64,000 nucleotides of DNA from Lytechinus pictus (taxonomy: Eukaryota): the NCBI RefSeq assembly GCF_037042905.1, contig NC_087251.1:1364001-1428000 (forward strand). The letters are read 5' to 3'. The notes beneath the pieces are model-generated. The model made no database searches and was not told where the DNA came from. It was given only the letters and a program-made list of their open reading frames with translations. Each line of letters begins with the position of its first letter. Within the stretch, counting starts at the first letter, position 1. Position numbers and translations under genes: made by a program. Of the stretch, positions 47,116 through 61,866 are shown piece by piece.

Positions 47116-49589
47116 TTTTCTGCAACTTTGGTTACCATTGCAACATAACTTGTACCCTTGAAATTTTGCAAATACCTTGCTAATGATGCCTTTACATGAG
47201 AGTTTAAACCCAGCGTAGGCTTTGCTATTGTATGTATTATATTTTGAGCTTTGTATGAAAAAAAGAAGAAGAAACAAGTGATATAACAGTAAGTACCAAA
47301 GCCGTACTAGCCACCACTCTCTGAAGCTTCAGAACACATATTTTAGCTGCATCATGTATATTTATATGTTATAATCATGTCTTAGGAGTTAATATTGCAC
47401 AAGAAAACACCATTTTGTGTTTAAAGAATATATTTGTATATGGTAGAAATACCACAGATGGTTGTAAATGATGCATCGGTGCTTGGATATGATCTCTTTT
47501 ATATATATAATGAAAACAAATGTTGTACAGGTGTGTATATATATGGATATTTTTTTGGTTTTAGATTTTCAAAGGGTGGTTAAACAGTTTGATACTAAAA
47601 AGTGTGTGCCTTCAGAACTCTAGATTTGAACATTCAGTGTTTTATTGCTTTCATTGGTAGTGTGGTTCACTGCTTGGATTGTGTGTCTAACTTTATATAG
47701 CCAATCTATGGATCAATGCCACGGTTGTAAAGTGTTTGATAGTATTGGTCATTTTGAAAACAAATCTAGAAATGTTCTCTTATAATTCATGAGCAGTTTG
47801 TATATGATTGTCGTCTTAATTAATGCACAAAACATAGTCAATCAGGAGTATAAAGGAAGTCAAATATTCACAAGAATTATTTTGATAGAAGAAAAGGATG
47901 CCATATTCAGAGAGGGCAAGAGCATTTTTACCTGCAGATGAATCATATTATTTAAATAATCTATTGTGTTTTGTACTGAGTATTGATAGGTTATTTAATA
48001 ATATAGATCTATAAGTAGATGACATTAATGTTTTCAGGTGCAAGATCATTTTTATGCTTATTGGTCAAAAACTGAATTTGATTTCTGTTGGAAAGATTAG
48101 ATAATATGAAAGTCACATCTGTTTTAGTTTGTTTTATTTGTTTTTATTTGAGGACTTTTTAAAATTGAGTCATTAATCATTTTAAATCTTAGACTTATAA
48201 AGCTTATTCTTTTAATTGCAATATGTATGGTGGATTTTATTACCCTGAAAAAATTTACAGCACTGACATTATTAATTGAAGGAACCTCTCTAAGATTTGC
48301 ACAACTGAATATTCAATAAAAATCCTTTAGCATTATAGATCTGAAAAAAGGTTTCACCTTTTTTTTAATGTGATTAAAAATATGATATAATTCTCATCTG
48401 ATTTAAAGGCATAGAAGAATTAAAGATACCATTCCAATTACAAATCTTGGTGATCATTCCTGCTGAATTTTCCTAATGCCACATGATAAATTTGATTCAA
48501 TTTAAGAAGAAAAAATGTGTAAATAATTCTCAAATTTCTTGATTCTTCTCCTGTACAGATAGGTTATGCAGTACTATAACATCTATATCTTGTGTGTATA
48601 CATTGAATGCTTATAGTTAAAATTGTTTTTGTATAAGAGATTGGTAAATTTCAAATGATTTTTATTTATATATAAATCTATTTACTTGTATCATAATGAG
48701 AAGGAATGCTGTTATTTTATATTGGAAATTAATGCAATGTGGAGAGGTATATTTTATGAAGATGGACATTTGTTTTCTGTGTAGAGTCATATGTAAGATA
48801 CATGTATGTCTTTTTCAGGTATGCATACATATGTAGTATCAACAAAACATTAATATACTTACATGAATCATGGAAATAATTAATTGTATTAAAATATGAC
48901 ACTTTTATATTTTAATTGAATTTCACATTTTGCTATCACTGCATTTTCTGCATAAAGTTCATACTTTGCTTGCACTTTGAAATAGTACTAGCTAGGGCTT
49001 TTCATTGCCAATATAAAAACTGTCATGTAGTTAATAAATTCAATAAGAAACAGGATTAATATATTTGAGATGGGGTGAATAATTGTCATGTATATTGTTA
49101 ATGTGCTGTGTTTGTTTCTATGCAAAGTTTCATAAAAAACCAATGGAAAATTTATGTTAGAATTTGCTCCTTTTTGTTTATCATACTGTAGTTGGGAAGG
49201 CAAACCCATGTACTTCAAAAATATATTTAGGAGAGTGGAATAATATGGCTGCCATAACACTGTAATAAGTGGAATAGTTTCTTGTTAATAGGTCCTAGTG
49301 TATTGCTTCATTTCAAAGAGCTGTGATTTCAGAAATGACTTTACATGATATATGTAGATTATGTGATTATAAAAAAAATCCTCATAATTTGAGATAGGTC
49401 TTGTCATTTGATATTTACATTCTTTATCCCCACCTCTCACAAAATTCATTTTCTCCAGATTTATGTTCTTCTTTTCTCTTATCTCCTTTCCAATATGAAA
49501 TGCTTTTCCCTTTTATCCCTCCCCTCCAAAATTTCTGTGAAATAAAACTACTTTCAAAAGTAGATTATTTTAGTTCAAGAGGGTATATT

Positions 49590-49735
49590 TAATATTGACT
49601 GGCCTTGAGGGAAACATCAAAGATATTGCCAGCAAAAGATTCATATATCAGCCAGAGTCTTTAGACAAGGGCAATATAGGTCTTTTAGGGGCAATATATT
49701 TGATGTTTCCCGAAATAAGAGCCAGTCAATATTTT
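49590..49735. repeat. Inverted repeat, probably the core of a non-autonomous transposon extending to ~50300
   Basis: aatattgactggc...gggaaacatcaaagatattgcc / ggcaatatatttgatgtttccc...gccagtcaatatt. Confidence 0.6.
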
Positions 49736-52702
49736 TATTATCATCCAAATCAGATATCTAGAGCAAAAATCATGATAATGGTGATATATCTTTTCAAAAA
49801 AGAGTTCTATGGTGTCATGTTGATATCAGGGTCTAGGCTCTGCACTTAACTGTTATGACGTACTTGCAAGCGCCAGGATCCAGTGTTGTCTTTATTATGA
49901 CGTATATTGTTGGTGCGCGGATCATTACGAAGCGTGTGAAGCGTATCTCTTTATACGCATCCTCGAATGCCCGGATGTGAGACCAGGGAAAATACAAAGG
50001 TATATGTTGCGTCGTCTCTGCATGCAAAGTAAATACATGCATTGAGACAGAGGAAAATACAAACAATATACCTATCCCTTCCCGATATTTCTGTTTCAGT
50101 TTATGGTAACTCCCGTAGGAACTCGGCAGGACAGCGTTTTGCTGGTAAAGGGCAATATGGTTTTGTAAATGACCCGCTCAGATGTCTGATACGGGCAATA
50201 ATATGTAATATTTACACATTGAAAATGTGCTGTTATGCTATTAGGTTTTAATTATACTGCCAATTTATCAATAATAAAAAAAACAGATATTATTGCAACT
50301 CACTGTCTGTACTGGGCCCTGTTGCATAAAAGTTTCTATTCTACTAACTTTGCTATTGTTTACAGTGACAGCCTATCAAAATCAGGGATTCCATTGAAGT
50401 TAACCACAATAGTACATTTTATGGAAAGGGAGCCTGGAGATATGTATTTTGATGTTTAGCAGAATTGACTACTCTTTGATTTTAAGTTTTACTATAATGT
50501 TTTGAAGAAATGCAAACTCTGATAGTTTGTAGATTTCATATTTATTTATTAGTTTTGTTTCTTTACTTATAATTTTTTTGCCAGTAATATTCATATGTCC
50601 GATAGAGTTTAACATGGCCTTTTTAATTTCAGATATATATATTTGTTTTTTGCTTCTTCTAACTACAAACTTTTTAGCATTAAAGATATACCATAATTTA
50701 TTTGTGTTAGCTTGAGCTTAAATTCAATTCCATCTCATTAGAACACCCCATGTCATTTTAATTATGATTAAAATTTATAAAAGAAATGGTCTTATGTTCA
50801 ACCAAAGAGGAACTTTGCAGTTTCATAACTCGGATTTGAATCTACTTTTGCCAGTACAAAATACTGAGTAACATTCTCAAACCCTTAATTAATGGAATAA
50901 TTGAAAGATAACAAGCTGAGAAGATTAGAAAATTTGATAGTTATCTTATTGGTTTAATGAAACTGGATTAGGCTATATAGACTAATAAATAAATAAAAAT
51001 GGATGGTGTTAGTTGTAGCTTGATAATTTTCTCTATGCATTTCACATTATGTTAATCTTTCAGCTTTATACTGTGTAAAACCACCACAAGAATTACCAGC
51101 AGGGTCTATATTGTCATTACTCCCAACGATTTTAGAAGAAACTTTGTATGAGAATGAATTAGAAACCTTAATGACTGGAAAGCAAAGTGCTATTTCAGGG
51201 ATAATTTTTTTAAAAGATTCGAAAGATTATTTGACATTTGAATTTATGTGTGCCTTTTTTATGATCAGATTGCTTTTTTAAACCATTATCAACATGCAGA
51301 GGAATTCTGTCATATTGACAAAATAATAAATTAAATTGAGACTGATGGCCAATCTTATTAACTCATAGGAATGTGAAATACTATTTTAACCTTCTTCACA
51401 GCTTTAAGAATCTTTTAGAACTTTGTGCCAACACTTGATAAGAATATTTTGATGTTTTTCTCTATTTTTTTCTTAGAACCATCAGATCACACTTTTTCTT
51501 CCTACCCAAACATTTTGCCCCTATTTAGTATGCCCATGATCATTTGTATATCCCTCCAAGATAATTCATTGTTTGCAATCTATTGATGAATTCGATAATT
51601 TTAATGAACTGTTTAAAATAGTATTTTGTAGCATCTACTGCTTTTATCAAAAGTACATGAAAACTAACCAGGTTCCTGTTACAAAAAGTTTAGCAATTGA
51701 TTGTATGAATGATTCCTGCGATTGATTGTACATTTTAGTCAGTGCAATCAATCTTTAATAGACGTTCTACAATCAGTTATTAAGCTTTGTGATATGATGC
51801 TCTGTCATCTATTACTGATAGTTTTGCAGGAGATTCATGATGATTAATAAATTATTATCTGTGAGAATCTTTTATTTGGCGATTTTAGAATCCTTGATAA
51901 TTAGTCTTCATGTAACGTATTCATAATGAAGCTATTTTCTTATATAGTGCACATTTATATCATTATTCGAGAAAGGATAAAACCAATGCATGTTTATGCA
52001 AATATTTCAAAATGTAATTCCCTGATAAGAATTATCTGATGAAAATTATGTCTTTAAATACCTTTTTTTTTATTTAATCATGCATGTTTTATGCAAAGAA
52101 TGTTAAAGTTTTAATTTTTCATGATACAAATTATTATGTAAACTCTACAATTTAAGATTTTCCCACAAGATTTTCATGTTTTAGCCTACTTTGATATATA
52201 TGCAAAATGTTTTTAAAGTATTTAGTTTTTAGATAATGCACTGCGTGTATCCACACTTTCTTTTTTTCAGAAATTTAATATGTTCATGAGCCCAGCAGAT
52301 GCTATATAGTTATCATAATTACAAAATCTGTAACACCATTGTATAGATGAAGGGATTACAAGACAATAACATTTTGGCCATTATACTGTCAGTATTAAAC
52401 ATCTACACTGCCTGTGCTATGGACATTGAAGAATCAGATCTACATATCAATATTATCTTACATTATTTCATATCATTTTTCATGTATTGGAAAATGGATA
52501 TGAGATAGTTTTCCAATATCTGTGTGATTACAAATCCTCCCTGATTCTGATTGTACAATGTGACAGATGTTGGTTTTCATTTTTTTTTTGGGGGGGGGCG
52601 CCATTTGTAGAGAATATTGAAAAAAATGAAAAGTCAAGGGAATTACTTCTATCTGATCATGTTCATCTGAAGAGAATATTAAAATTTCCTTTTCAATTTT
52701 TT

Positions 52703-52790
52703 GTTCAGTATGGTTGCTGTCATATAAAGTGATTGATTAGTTTTTTATTCAGTATGGTTGCTCTCATATAAAGTGATTGATTAGTTTTTT
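52703..52790. repeat. Tandem duplication of ~44 bp
   Basis: ttcagtatggttgct(g/c)tcatataaagtgattgattagtttttt occurs twice. Confidence 0.85.
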
Positions 52791-55700
52791 GTTTAATAAA
52801 AATAGCCCTTGAATAATGAAAAAAGTGACTACATTTCTACCTAAAGATTGTATGTAATTTTATAATGGAGCATGGCTATTTTATGTTAAATTTTTATTGA
52901 ATGTAAGAGTGTGTTTACTTTTGATGATATAAAATTTAGTTTTAGTGTTTATGATGTGCTATGTGAAATAGGGTGATCAGAGAGTACTGGCAATGTTCTT
53001 GGGTGCCAGAGACGATATTTCAATATAATGGTTTCTAATTTTGGATTTTTGCCTTTTACCAATTATATTTCAAAATATTTGCAAGACTTTAGGAAGTTAT
53101 TATTGTTATTATATATATAATTAAATCATTTTGTATCTAGAAATAAGGCTGAATCGGGCAGCTAATGCAATGAGATTTCTTATGTAAAAAAAAAAAAACC
53201 TGTAGATGTGTATCATGATTTGTAGTGCATTTGGGGAATAGGGCATTGTAATTCCATGCATAGCCAATATCAAATTGTGAAGTGTAAAATGATCATTTTT
53301 TTTGTCTTGTATTTATATCAACCCTTTTTTCTTTAATATATCTTAATTGCGAAAATCGGATGGGTAGAGGATTCATTATACAATTTCTTTTTCAGCAGCC
53401 CTTAAGATATTTATATATATTCCTATGGCATTTTGAAGAGGCATATCCCTCCATATTAAAGATCTCCTTGACAGACACTGCAAGATATCCCCATTCCTGT
53501 ATATTCTCTATGTTTATAATTCACCCCTGTGCAGTGTACTATTCATGACTGTGCATGGATATTCTTATCAAGGGAATTGGTCTATTTGGGTTGACACTCA
53601 TCTGGTGCAAGTCTTTTAGAATGTTTATATATCTTGCACTACTATTTGAATGTCTTATGGGGTATTTAAACTACATCTCATGTCAAACTATTGGAAAGGT
53701 GCATTTAAAATAAAAGGAAAATATTTACCTGATAACTGTTTTCACTTGCTTATATGCTTTGGGTTATGTGTGTTGACTTGTATTCAGTACTTAAAACCTG
53801 TTATTTTCCTCCCCTAACTCTGTAACTTTAACCCTTTCTAAACAATCATGGGACGTTTTCAAGCACAGTCTTTGGTGTTTTGGTCGAGAGAAAAAATAGA
53901 CTGCTGAACTGAACCCCAAAACAGACCATAAAACAGAACTTTTCTTATTTCACTGATGTTATTATAAAGACATTAATGTGTGCAAATACAACTCACTTCT
54001 TGTCGTTTTGCCAATGAAGATCATGTTGAAGTAAATATCCTTACAATCTTGTTAATTTACAAATAAAATAAAACAGCAACAAGTCAATTGTATTTCCAGG
54101 TTTTTATGATAAACTTTATTTTTAATTATATGATTGAAAACTCAACACCGAGGTGTGTTGATAATAAGCTTTGCCTTAAGGTGGATGGTCTGCCTGTCTT
54201 CATTTAATATTTTGGATTTATGACCATGTAAAAATTATGATTTAATTAAACATACCAAGGAGACCATGCTGTTACCATGGTAGTTATCATCATGGCAAAG
54301 TTTGTGCTTTTAATGACGTGATCCCTTCATCATCATTACAATTCCCTCCCAATATATATATTTTTTTACCATACTGTGTTTGCTGCAAGAAAAAAAAATC
54401 TCATAGAAATCTTTTTGAAGAATCCTTCAAATTTCAAATTTATTTGTTAAAATGATAGTTGTCACACATGGTGAATGTGAAGAATGCCTCATGTTATCAA
54501 TATCCATCTAATATCAGTGTGTTTCGCACATAATGTTTTAAACAAACTAGTGATTTGGGATATCTAAATTGGAGTTGAATTTGGATTGTTCTTTCTTTTA
54601 TTTTTAAAATGCTAAAGAATTACATGAATAATTTTTACGAATGAGACTGTTGCATTTGGTGAATGCATAATGACATATATATTGAAAATCATAAACAAAA
54701 TGATGTTAGCTATTGTTTTGAGTTAGCTGTTAAATTATATGTCGTTTCATCACAGGGAATGGGAGTTTCGTGAAACCATTCGTACGCTTGCTTTGAGGGT
54801 ATATAACTGTTTTTTTTTTTCAACAGGAGATCAGTTAATTTTAACACAGTTGGGGTAGCGTTCGTTTCACAGATAAGACATATTTTCTAGAATATTATTA
54901 AATATAACGGAGCATGGGTTGAGATGTTATGAGAACATTCTTGAATTGGGAAAAGGGGGGTAATTCTTAAACCCTGAAGCGCTCATCTCTTAACCTCTTA
55001 ATGTGATCAATTCCCCATCTAGTATATTGACATTGTATCTCATTCAGCTAGTAATTCTGTCGCGTCCAAGTAGATTAAATTAAACCTTTCTTGAGGAGGA
55101 ACCTGACAATGGGACGCCTCTCTATAACCTCGTTAAGCCAATCAGACTATTGATTTAAAAACAGGTGTATTCCTGGCGATATAAAATGTACACACTCTCA
55201 GCTAGCCTAGTCCATTAGAACACATAAGAGGCGATTCATCCTCCTGTTAACTCTTTCCCTCTTCTATCCCTGTTCTTCATTAATATTTAAATCATGTTCA
55301 TTTCATTCCTTTCTCAACAAATCACGCCTCCCCCATTCCTCTATAGAGTAACTCTTGTAGAAGAGTTGCGACGATTCTTGAAACGCCATTTTCTATGCAA
55401 TATTACCTAACATTGATTCCAATTTAATCAAAACCTGCCCATCTTCAATGAAAAGTAAATCAAATACATGCACATTTTGGGTCCAGAAATCCAGGGTCCT
55501 TATGCCTATTTGTCTCAACTCTTCACATAAAGGGAGTCTAATCCTCTGTAAATCAGATCAGAGCGAAACGTTGAACTTCATTTTGAGCGTTGAGGATGTT
55601 TTATCAGGTGAAACACAACCAGTCAAGCACACTCTTAAAACGGATTGATCAAAATAACTAATCTGTTAGTGCAAGGGGGGGGGGGGGGTTGAGGAAGGAG

Positions 55701-58167
55701 ATATAGGAAAGTAGAGTATTGAGTAAAATAATTGGGTCGTTGAACTATAATGCCCTATGAATTCATGACATCACATCCAGGTTGTCATGCCCCTATCAAA
55801 ATCACTTGGCAACCAAATTACCAGATAAATCCAGATGTACTGTAGTGAGGCACCATTCAAATTATGGATTTATTTTTTATCCTAAAACTTTATTTTGTAA
55901 TCTTGAAGATTTGCATTTGAATCCTTTGAGATTTAAAAATCAATCTTTCGTATTAAAACTAAATTCAAGATTCAATTGGTTCCTAACTACTGTCGACCTA
56001 AATTGAATTTAAACCACTGCAGTGGTGCATCCTACTTTTTGAAAATGGATTAGTCGAAATAACCTATTGCTGAGTGTCCAATCGAATGAAATTGTCAAAA
56101 CTGCTCAACCCAAAAATTTAGTAGATTCTAACCAATACTATGGTTTTTTTTAACCATTTTATTATAAGGTCGGACACATTTTGAATAACAAATAAGTTTT
56201 TTTGAATAATCATTTTAAGGGTGTTTAGTTATTCATAACGTAATGTTCTTTTAAACCTCCGAAAAAGTGTGGGATATTGGCCACAATCTTAAATGATCTG
56301 TAATTGCAATATTGTTTCAAATTGATGGAGAATTCGCAAAAATTTGCATTGTCATTCGTATTATACTCAACAAATGGCATACCTTGCCCGCAGTATGACT
56401 GAACTAGAAATCATAACCTTTACTGTGCATTTGAAGTCTGAAGGGATTTGGATGAATAGGTGACCTAAAACGATGACACTGCTATTAAAGAAAATAACTC
56501 GTGCCAGATTGGTAAAATCATGTTAAAGAACCTTTAGCCCCAAGGACCCAGTGAACGTGCCCTCAAGGATTGTAAGAACTAGGACACATCTCTCAGCACG
56601 CAATATATCCCCATTTATCACACCCGATCACGCCACAGTGGACATAGGTGATATTCTAATGATAATTGGTCACGTGTTTTTGACCCATGCAATGATTCAG
56701 GATACTTGGACGCAAATTGTTTTCCTAGAGTTGGATAATGCCCATCAGCTCATCTGTTTTCATTTAACTGTTTCGTTTTGTCTTTATTTCAATGTCATAT
56801 GACTTTTCAAGCAATTAAATTACTTTCAACAATTCCCCCCCCCCCCCCGTCTGTCGCTTAATTGGTGTTGAATTTTACGTTATAAGAATAAATTCAGCAT
56901 TAAACTTTAATGCAAATCTCATAAACCTGTGGAAATTTTGTTTATCACAGGCCTTTTTAATTTACTTTAGATTTCACTTTTATAATGAAACTTGGACCAA
57001 ATCTTAATTCCTTACAATGATTTTTTGTGTGTTTTGATTTTTTTTCTTTTAAGGATCAAAACGTAAATCTTAGAAATAGAGTGTGTGATAGACTAATGCA
57101 GCTTACTTTTTCAGGATTTGTAAGTTGTTATAATTATCTTACATTGCACTGGCCCCATAGAAAACCATGCAGCAGCAATTATAGTTGCAGCTGAATATGG
57201 GCTACCAACCGTAATTTTATCTTATTTGTATATACATGTACTGTACATTCTATTTGTAATATTGTATGATATTTTTTAATCTTACGGAAATAAAAACAAC
57301 AGACAACAATTTAATGAAACCTTTCAAAGTTTTAAATATGCGATCATCCACCAAAACCTCGCATAACCTTGATGTAATGATGTCGAGAGGAGCCCAGTCA
57401 GACAACCTTATAATGGTTTTTATATGCTCCATCACATTTCTTATAACATTTCATGTCAACCTATCGCTTAATATCACGAATGATTAGTTCTGTCGTAATT
57501 TTAAATTGTTCATATTCACTATAAGCTCGCCTCCTCAATGATTAGGAAAAATAGACTTTGTTTGGTGGAAAACAGTAAATAAATATTAACGACCATGAAT
57601 CCTCATCGTTGAGAGGTCGTGAATCATGCCAATGAGAATGAACTGCCTAATTCTTTGGTAGACAGGAAATAATGATGAGAAAAATTGATATTTATTACTC
57701 CCTTGGTGATAGTGTAACCGTCTTTCTCTGGGCTCCATTAGACCCATGATAGATGAGGTCTTTCGATGAAAACAGACATGGTGGCTGAGAGTTTGATTTA
57801 GTATTCACCACTATACTCTTCATCTGATTATTATGTTGCTATTAACACCCATCCAGACATACGAACTAAGAATGAGAAATGATTCGATCATGAAAAGGGA
57901 GGAATGCCTTCTTTTCATCAGACGTCTTCGTGTATATGTGCCCATATTTCTGGCAAACCGTATTGACACTTTGTTACTTTTAATATCACACCCAATGTTT
58001 TTTTGTGGTTTATTATAAGACTGATAATTCTTATTAACATAGGATAGCCGATTTATCTAGCTCTCATGAACTATTCTTCGAGCAGGCCCTGCATAACATA
58101 ATCGAATGACTAATTTCATATCTACCATAGATCAGAGACGCCATGATAGGTCTACTTTGAACTCTTT

Positions 58168-58465
58168 GGCCCGTATTTAACTTAGACCGTGGTCTAACTC
58201 TGTGCTAAAATTATGGGTAGCCAAAAGTGTCAAACTTTTTATTAAGTTGTATGTTTCTTATGTTTACTGTGCTATTTCCTGATTCATCGATGGTGAAGAC
58301 AATCATCTATTTATACTTCCTAGACAATAATGAATGATTTGAGAGCGAAATGAGCTGAAATATGATATCTCTACTGTAAGTGATTTATGTAATATTTGGC
58401 TATCCATACTTAAACCACAACTTTAAACCTGAGTTTAAGTTAAACCCGACTTCAGAATATAGGCC
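58168..58465. mobile_element. Short MITE (partial TIR)
   Basis: ggcccgtatt...aatataggcc ends; inverted ctaaaattatgggtagccaaa / tttggctatccatacttaaa. Confidence 0.6.
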
Positions 58466-60705
58466 TTTACGTTCAAGCTTTGCAACATACTTACCTTTCG
58501 TATCATATAATTCGCAGTACAAAAATACTGACTGTGATAGAGCAGTTGATTTTCTTGATTTTTTTCGGTTAATGTTTCGTTTTATTCGAAAGTAGCATTC
58601 TGACATTTTCTTTATTGTACGGAAGGTTAATTGGGATAGTTAAAATCGACTAGGCTCGTAATAGTGCTCATATAAGCCAGTAAACTAGCCAAGACATGAC
58701 TGGGTTAGTTCATATAGATTCTGCACTTGTGAGACCTTATAACTGTATACCTACCATAGATAAGAGACGCCAAATTTCCTTGTAAATAAAATGCAATTAT
58801 TTCTACGTTTTACTACTTTTCTTTGCATAAAAACTAATAATTTTCATATGTTATTACTGAAAAAAACTTATGCTTTGGTTAGCACACAGTAAAAACAGTA
58901 TACCAAGAAAAATTGTGTAAAAAAACACGAACCACATCATTTTATACGGTTTCATAATATCAAAGTAATTTGAAAGTGTTTGTACCCCAAATTATTCATC
59001 TCAAAATTGATAACTGAAGTTTTCTAAAACAATCGGGGACCTTCTAAATGTGTATTCATTGTGGTTCTGATTTCAAAATGATTTTTTTTTTCAAGTATAA
59101 AAATGCAGATTGTCTCCTAAAAAAGTGTTTCCAGTCCTTGACAGTGTTAATACACTGTCGAAAGATTATCAAAACGTAGATGATTTAAAAACTTATGTAA
59201 AATACAAATTGTTTTTAGCCACTATTTACTCCACTATCTTTCTGCCTAAGATGTTGAATTAGTGTGACGCAGATGAAGTAAAGGCGTTTTTTAATGGATC
59301 ATTATTTGTTTGGAAGACACGGACGATTGACGTGTACATTACAGGTTTAATAGTTAGCCATGCCTCTTTTTATGTCAAAATCCTGAGGCTTTGACGTAGA
59401 AATTATAGTAATATGAGAAATGTGAAGAAATTTGATCTAATGTTTTTTACTTGGATTCAAAACAAACTAAAAACAAGGTCTGTCAAATAAACCCCATTTT
59501 TATAATTTTAGAGCATCGTAAGGTGACGTCTTAAGTAATACATCAAAAAGATATCGAACTATTAAACAGAAAATACAAACAAAGTTCGTAATTGCGCATG
59601 AGAAAACAAATACTGTATACTGTACGTATACTGAGTAAGCCGACTTCCACAATAAAACGATGAAGATATTGGATGGTTGTCAGTAGAACTTACAATATTT
59701 GCACAATGCCTTTGTTATACAAACGTGAAGAAATCCAAATTTATCTTGCTATGATAATACGATTTAACTGTAGATATTTCTTTGAAGGAAAGCACCCGGG
59801 TATATAATATCTTAGATCGGTTTTTGTGATATGTGATGAAGCACCTGGTACGTTGATTGTAAAATGATATATTCCAATGCTTCGGCACGTACAGGTACAC
59901 AGTGCAATACAATTGCAAAATCGTTTTAAAGGGTTCTCTTTGGTTTACAAAGCATAAGGGAAGGAAATCAGTTGATATTTTTCTTTCAGATTATTTCCTG
60001 TATGGGCAGTGTGTTTTGAGTGGAAAATCAATATCTAACTTTGATGTTTTTACTCTTTTAAAGATTATAAGGAAGGCTTAACAGGAAAGAGAAAATAAAA
60101 ACGAATACGGTGTATAGGTTTTAAAAAATACTTGCTTGGGTATTCTTAAGTCTTATTTCCATTTCTCGCGGTCAAACTTTATGACATATGCAATGTAGGG
60201 TTACATGATCCAGACTTCTCTTTTTATACTCTTTTTCTTGACAGTACATCACTCATTCGATCCCCTAAAAAGTTAAATACTCTATAGCCAAGGATGCGGA
60301 TTCTTAACACGATGTATCTCCTCCTTATTCAAGCGCAGAAGCTTATTTCCTCAAACCAGGCCCGTTTTATTACGATTTGGTTACTTTGCTGTTATTTCAA
60401 CTTTTATGGTAATATCAGGCCTCGATAGCAATTAAAAATCAAGTTTACATGAAAATTAACATAATTGCATAGTTGCAATAATTGTAACTTTTTATAAAAC
60501 ACGTCCTGGAAGACAATGTCGCATGGCTGAATTCTAAAGCTCTCATCAAAGCGCCATTATATTTTTGTCCAGTTGCCTATTCAAAACACACTAGTTTATT
60601 ATGCGTACATGCTGATGGTGTCACTGGAATCAAAACAGAACTAGTTACACGGATGTTATATCATCCATACCCATATTAACAATAGAATGATACTCCGGAT
60701 CCCAT

Positions 60706-61866
60706 CAGTGGCGTACCGTGGGTCACGGCATTGGGGGCACCAGCAAAAAATTTGAGTCACTGGGCACGCGAAGCGCGCTCAATTGCCAGGTATACTGATC
60801 TAATAGAAGCATTTTAAGGACTATGCCATTAAACAGATATGTATCTCACTGGTTAAATTATGCGAGCGCGAAGCGCGGGCATAAAATTGTTGACATTCAA
60901 ACTTAAAAAAAGGGACATTATAAAGCAATTTTTTGTAATCATGATACGTACCTGTCTCACTAAACAAACAATGCGAGCGCGAAGCGCGAGCTGAAATTTT
61001 TGTACATATTGATCCCAAACAGGGACAAAAGGACTAGTTTTTAGGAATTAATGAAGAGCATTCATATCTCACCAGTCATCTAATGCGTGCGTCAAGCGCT
61101 TGCTGATTTTGCAAGCATTACACCTAAACTCATGGAGCACTTTATGTACTCATTGTAATCATGAACATGATATGTATCTCACTAATCAAATGAAAATGTT
61201 TGAAATTCAGACCTGAAGAGGGGTATTCTCAGGCTTGTTTGTAGAAATTCACTAAGACCATACGTATTTCACTTACTAAATGATGCTAGCGCGAAGCGCG
61301 AGCTGAAAATTTTTGATAGAGTATTCAGACCAGTAAACTAAGGGAAAAATTTAAGGACTGTTTCCAGGAATTCATGAAGAGCAGACATATCTCACTAACG
61401 CAAACGTAAGCACTAACTGGGAATATTTTATTTTCAGACCTTAAGAGGGGGCAATTTCTTTAAAGTAGTCATGAAACATGTCATTACATAAAACAATAAC
61501 TCGATGCGAGGAAATACATTTGGTGTATATTGACTTGAAAACGGGATGTTTTAGTACAACATGATTATATATTTCATCAAATAGAAATTGCGAGCACCAG
61601 GATCGAATGATAAACACAATGTCATAGGCCCTCAGCAAAATATGTTACATAAAGTTATGAAAAAATATAAATATGATATATTATAATATAATATAATATA
61701 AATAACTTAATATAATAGAATATACACTAGTTTCTTCTTCCTCTACTACGCCTTTCCCTTTTTCCCATTTTTTTCTCATTTTCCCCGTTTTTTTTTTGCC
61801 AGCCGATTGGGGGGGGGGGGGCACGTGCCCCCCCCCCCATGCCCCCCCTCCCTAGTTACGCCACTG
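60706..61866. mobile_element. hAT-like non-autonomous element with internal tandem repeats
   Basis: GATCCCAT|CAGTGGCGTA...TACGCCACTG|GATCCCAA (7/8 TSD match); repeated gcgagcgcgaagcgcg and tatctcact motifs at ~110-120 bp spacing. Confidence 0.88.

Noticed and set aside
58117..58772. Dispersed 26-bp near-repeat (ctaccatagat.agagacgcca) at ~58120 and ~58750
   Set aside because: Only two short copies, probably transposon remnants; no larger structure could be defined
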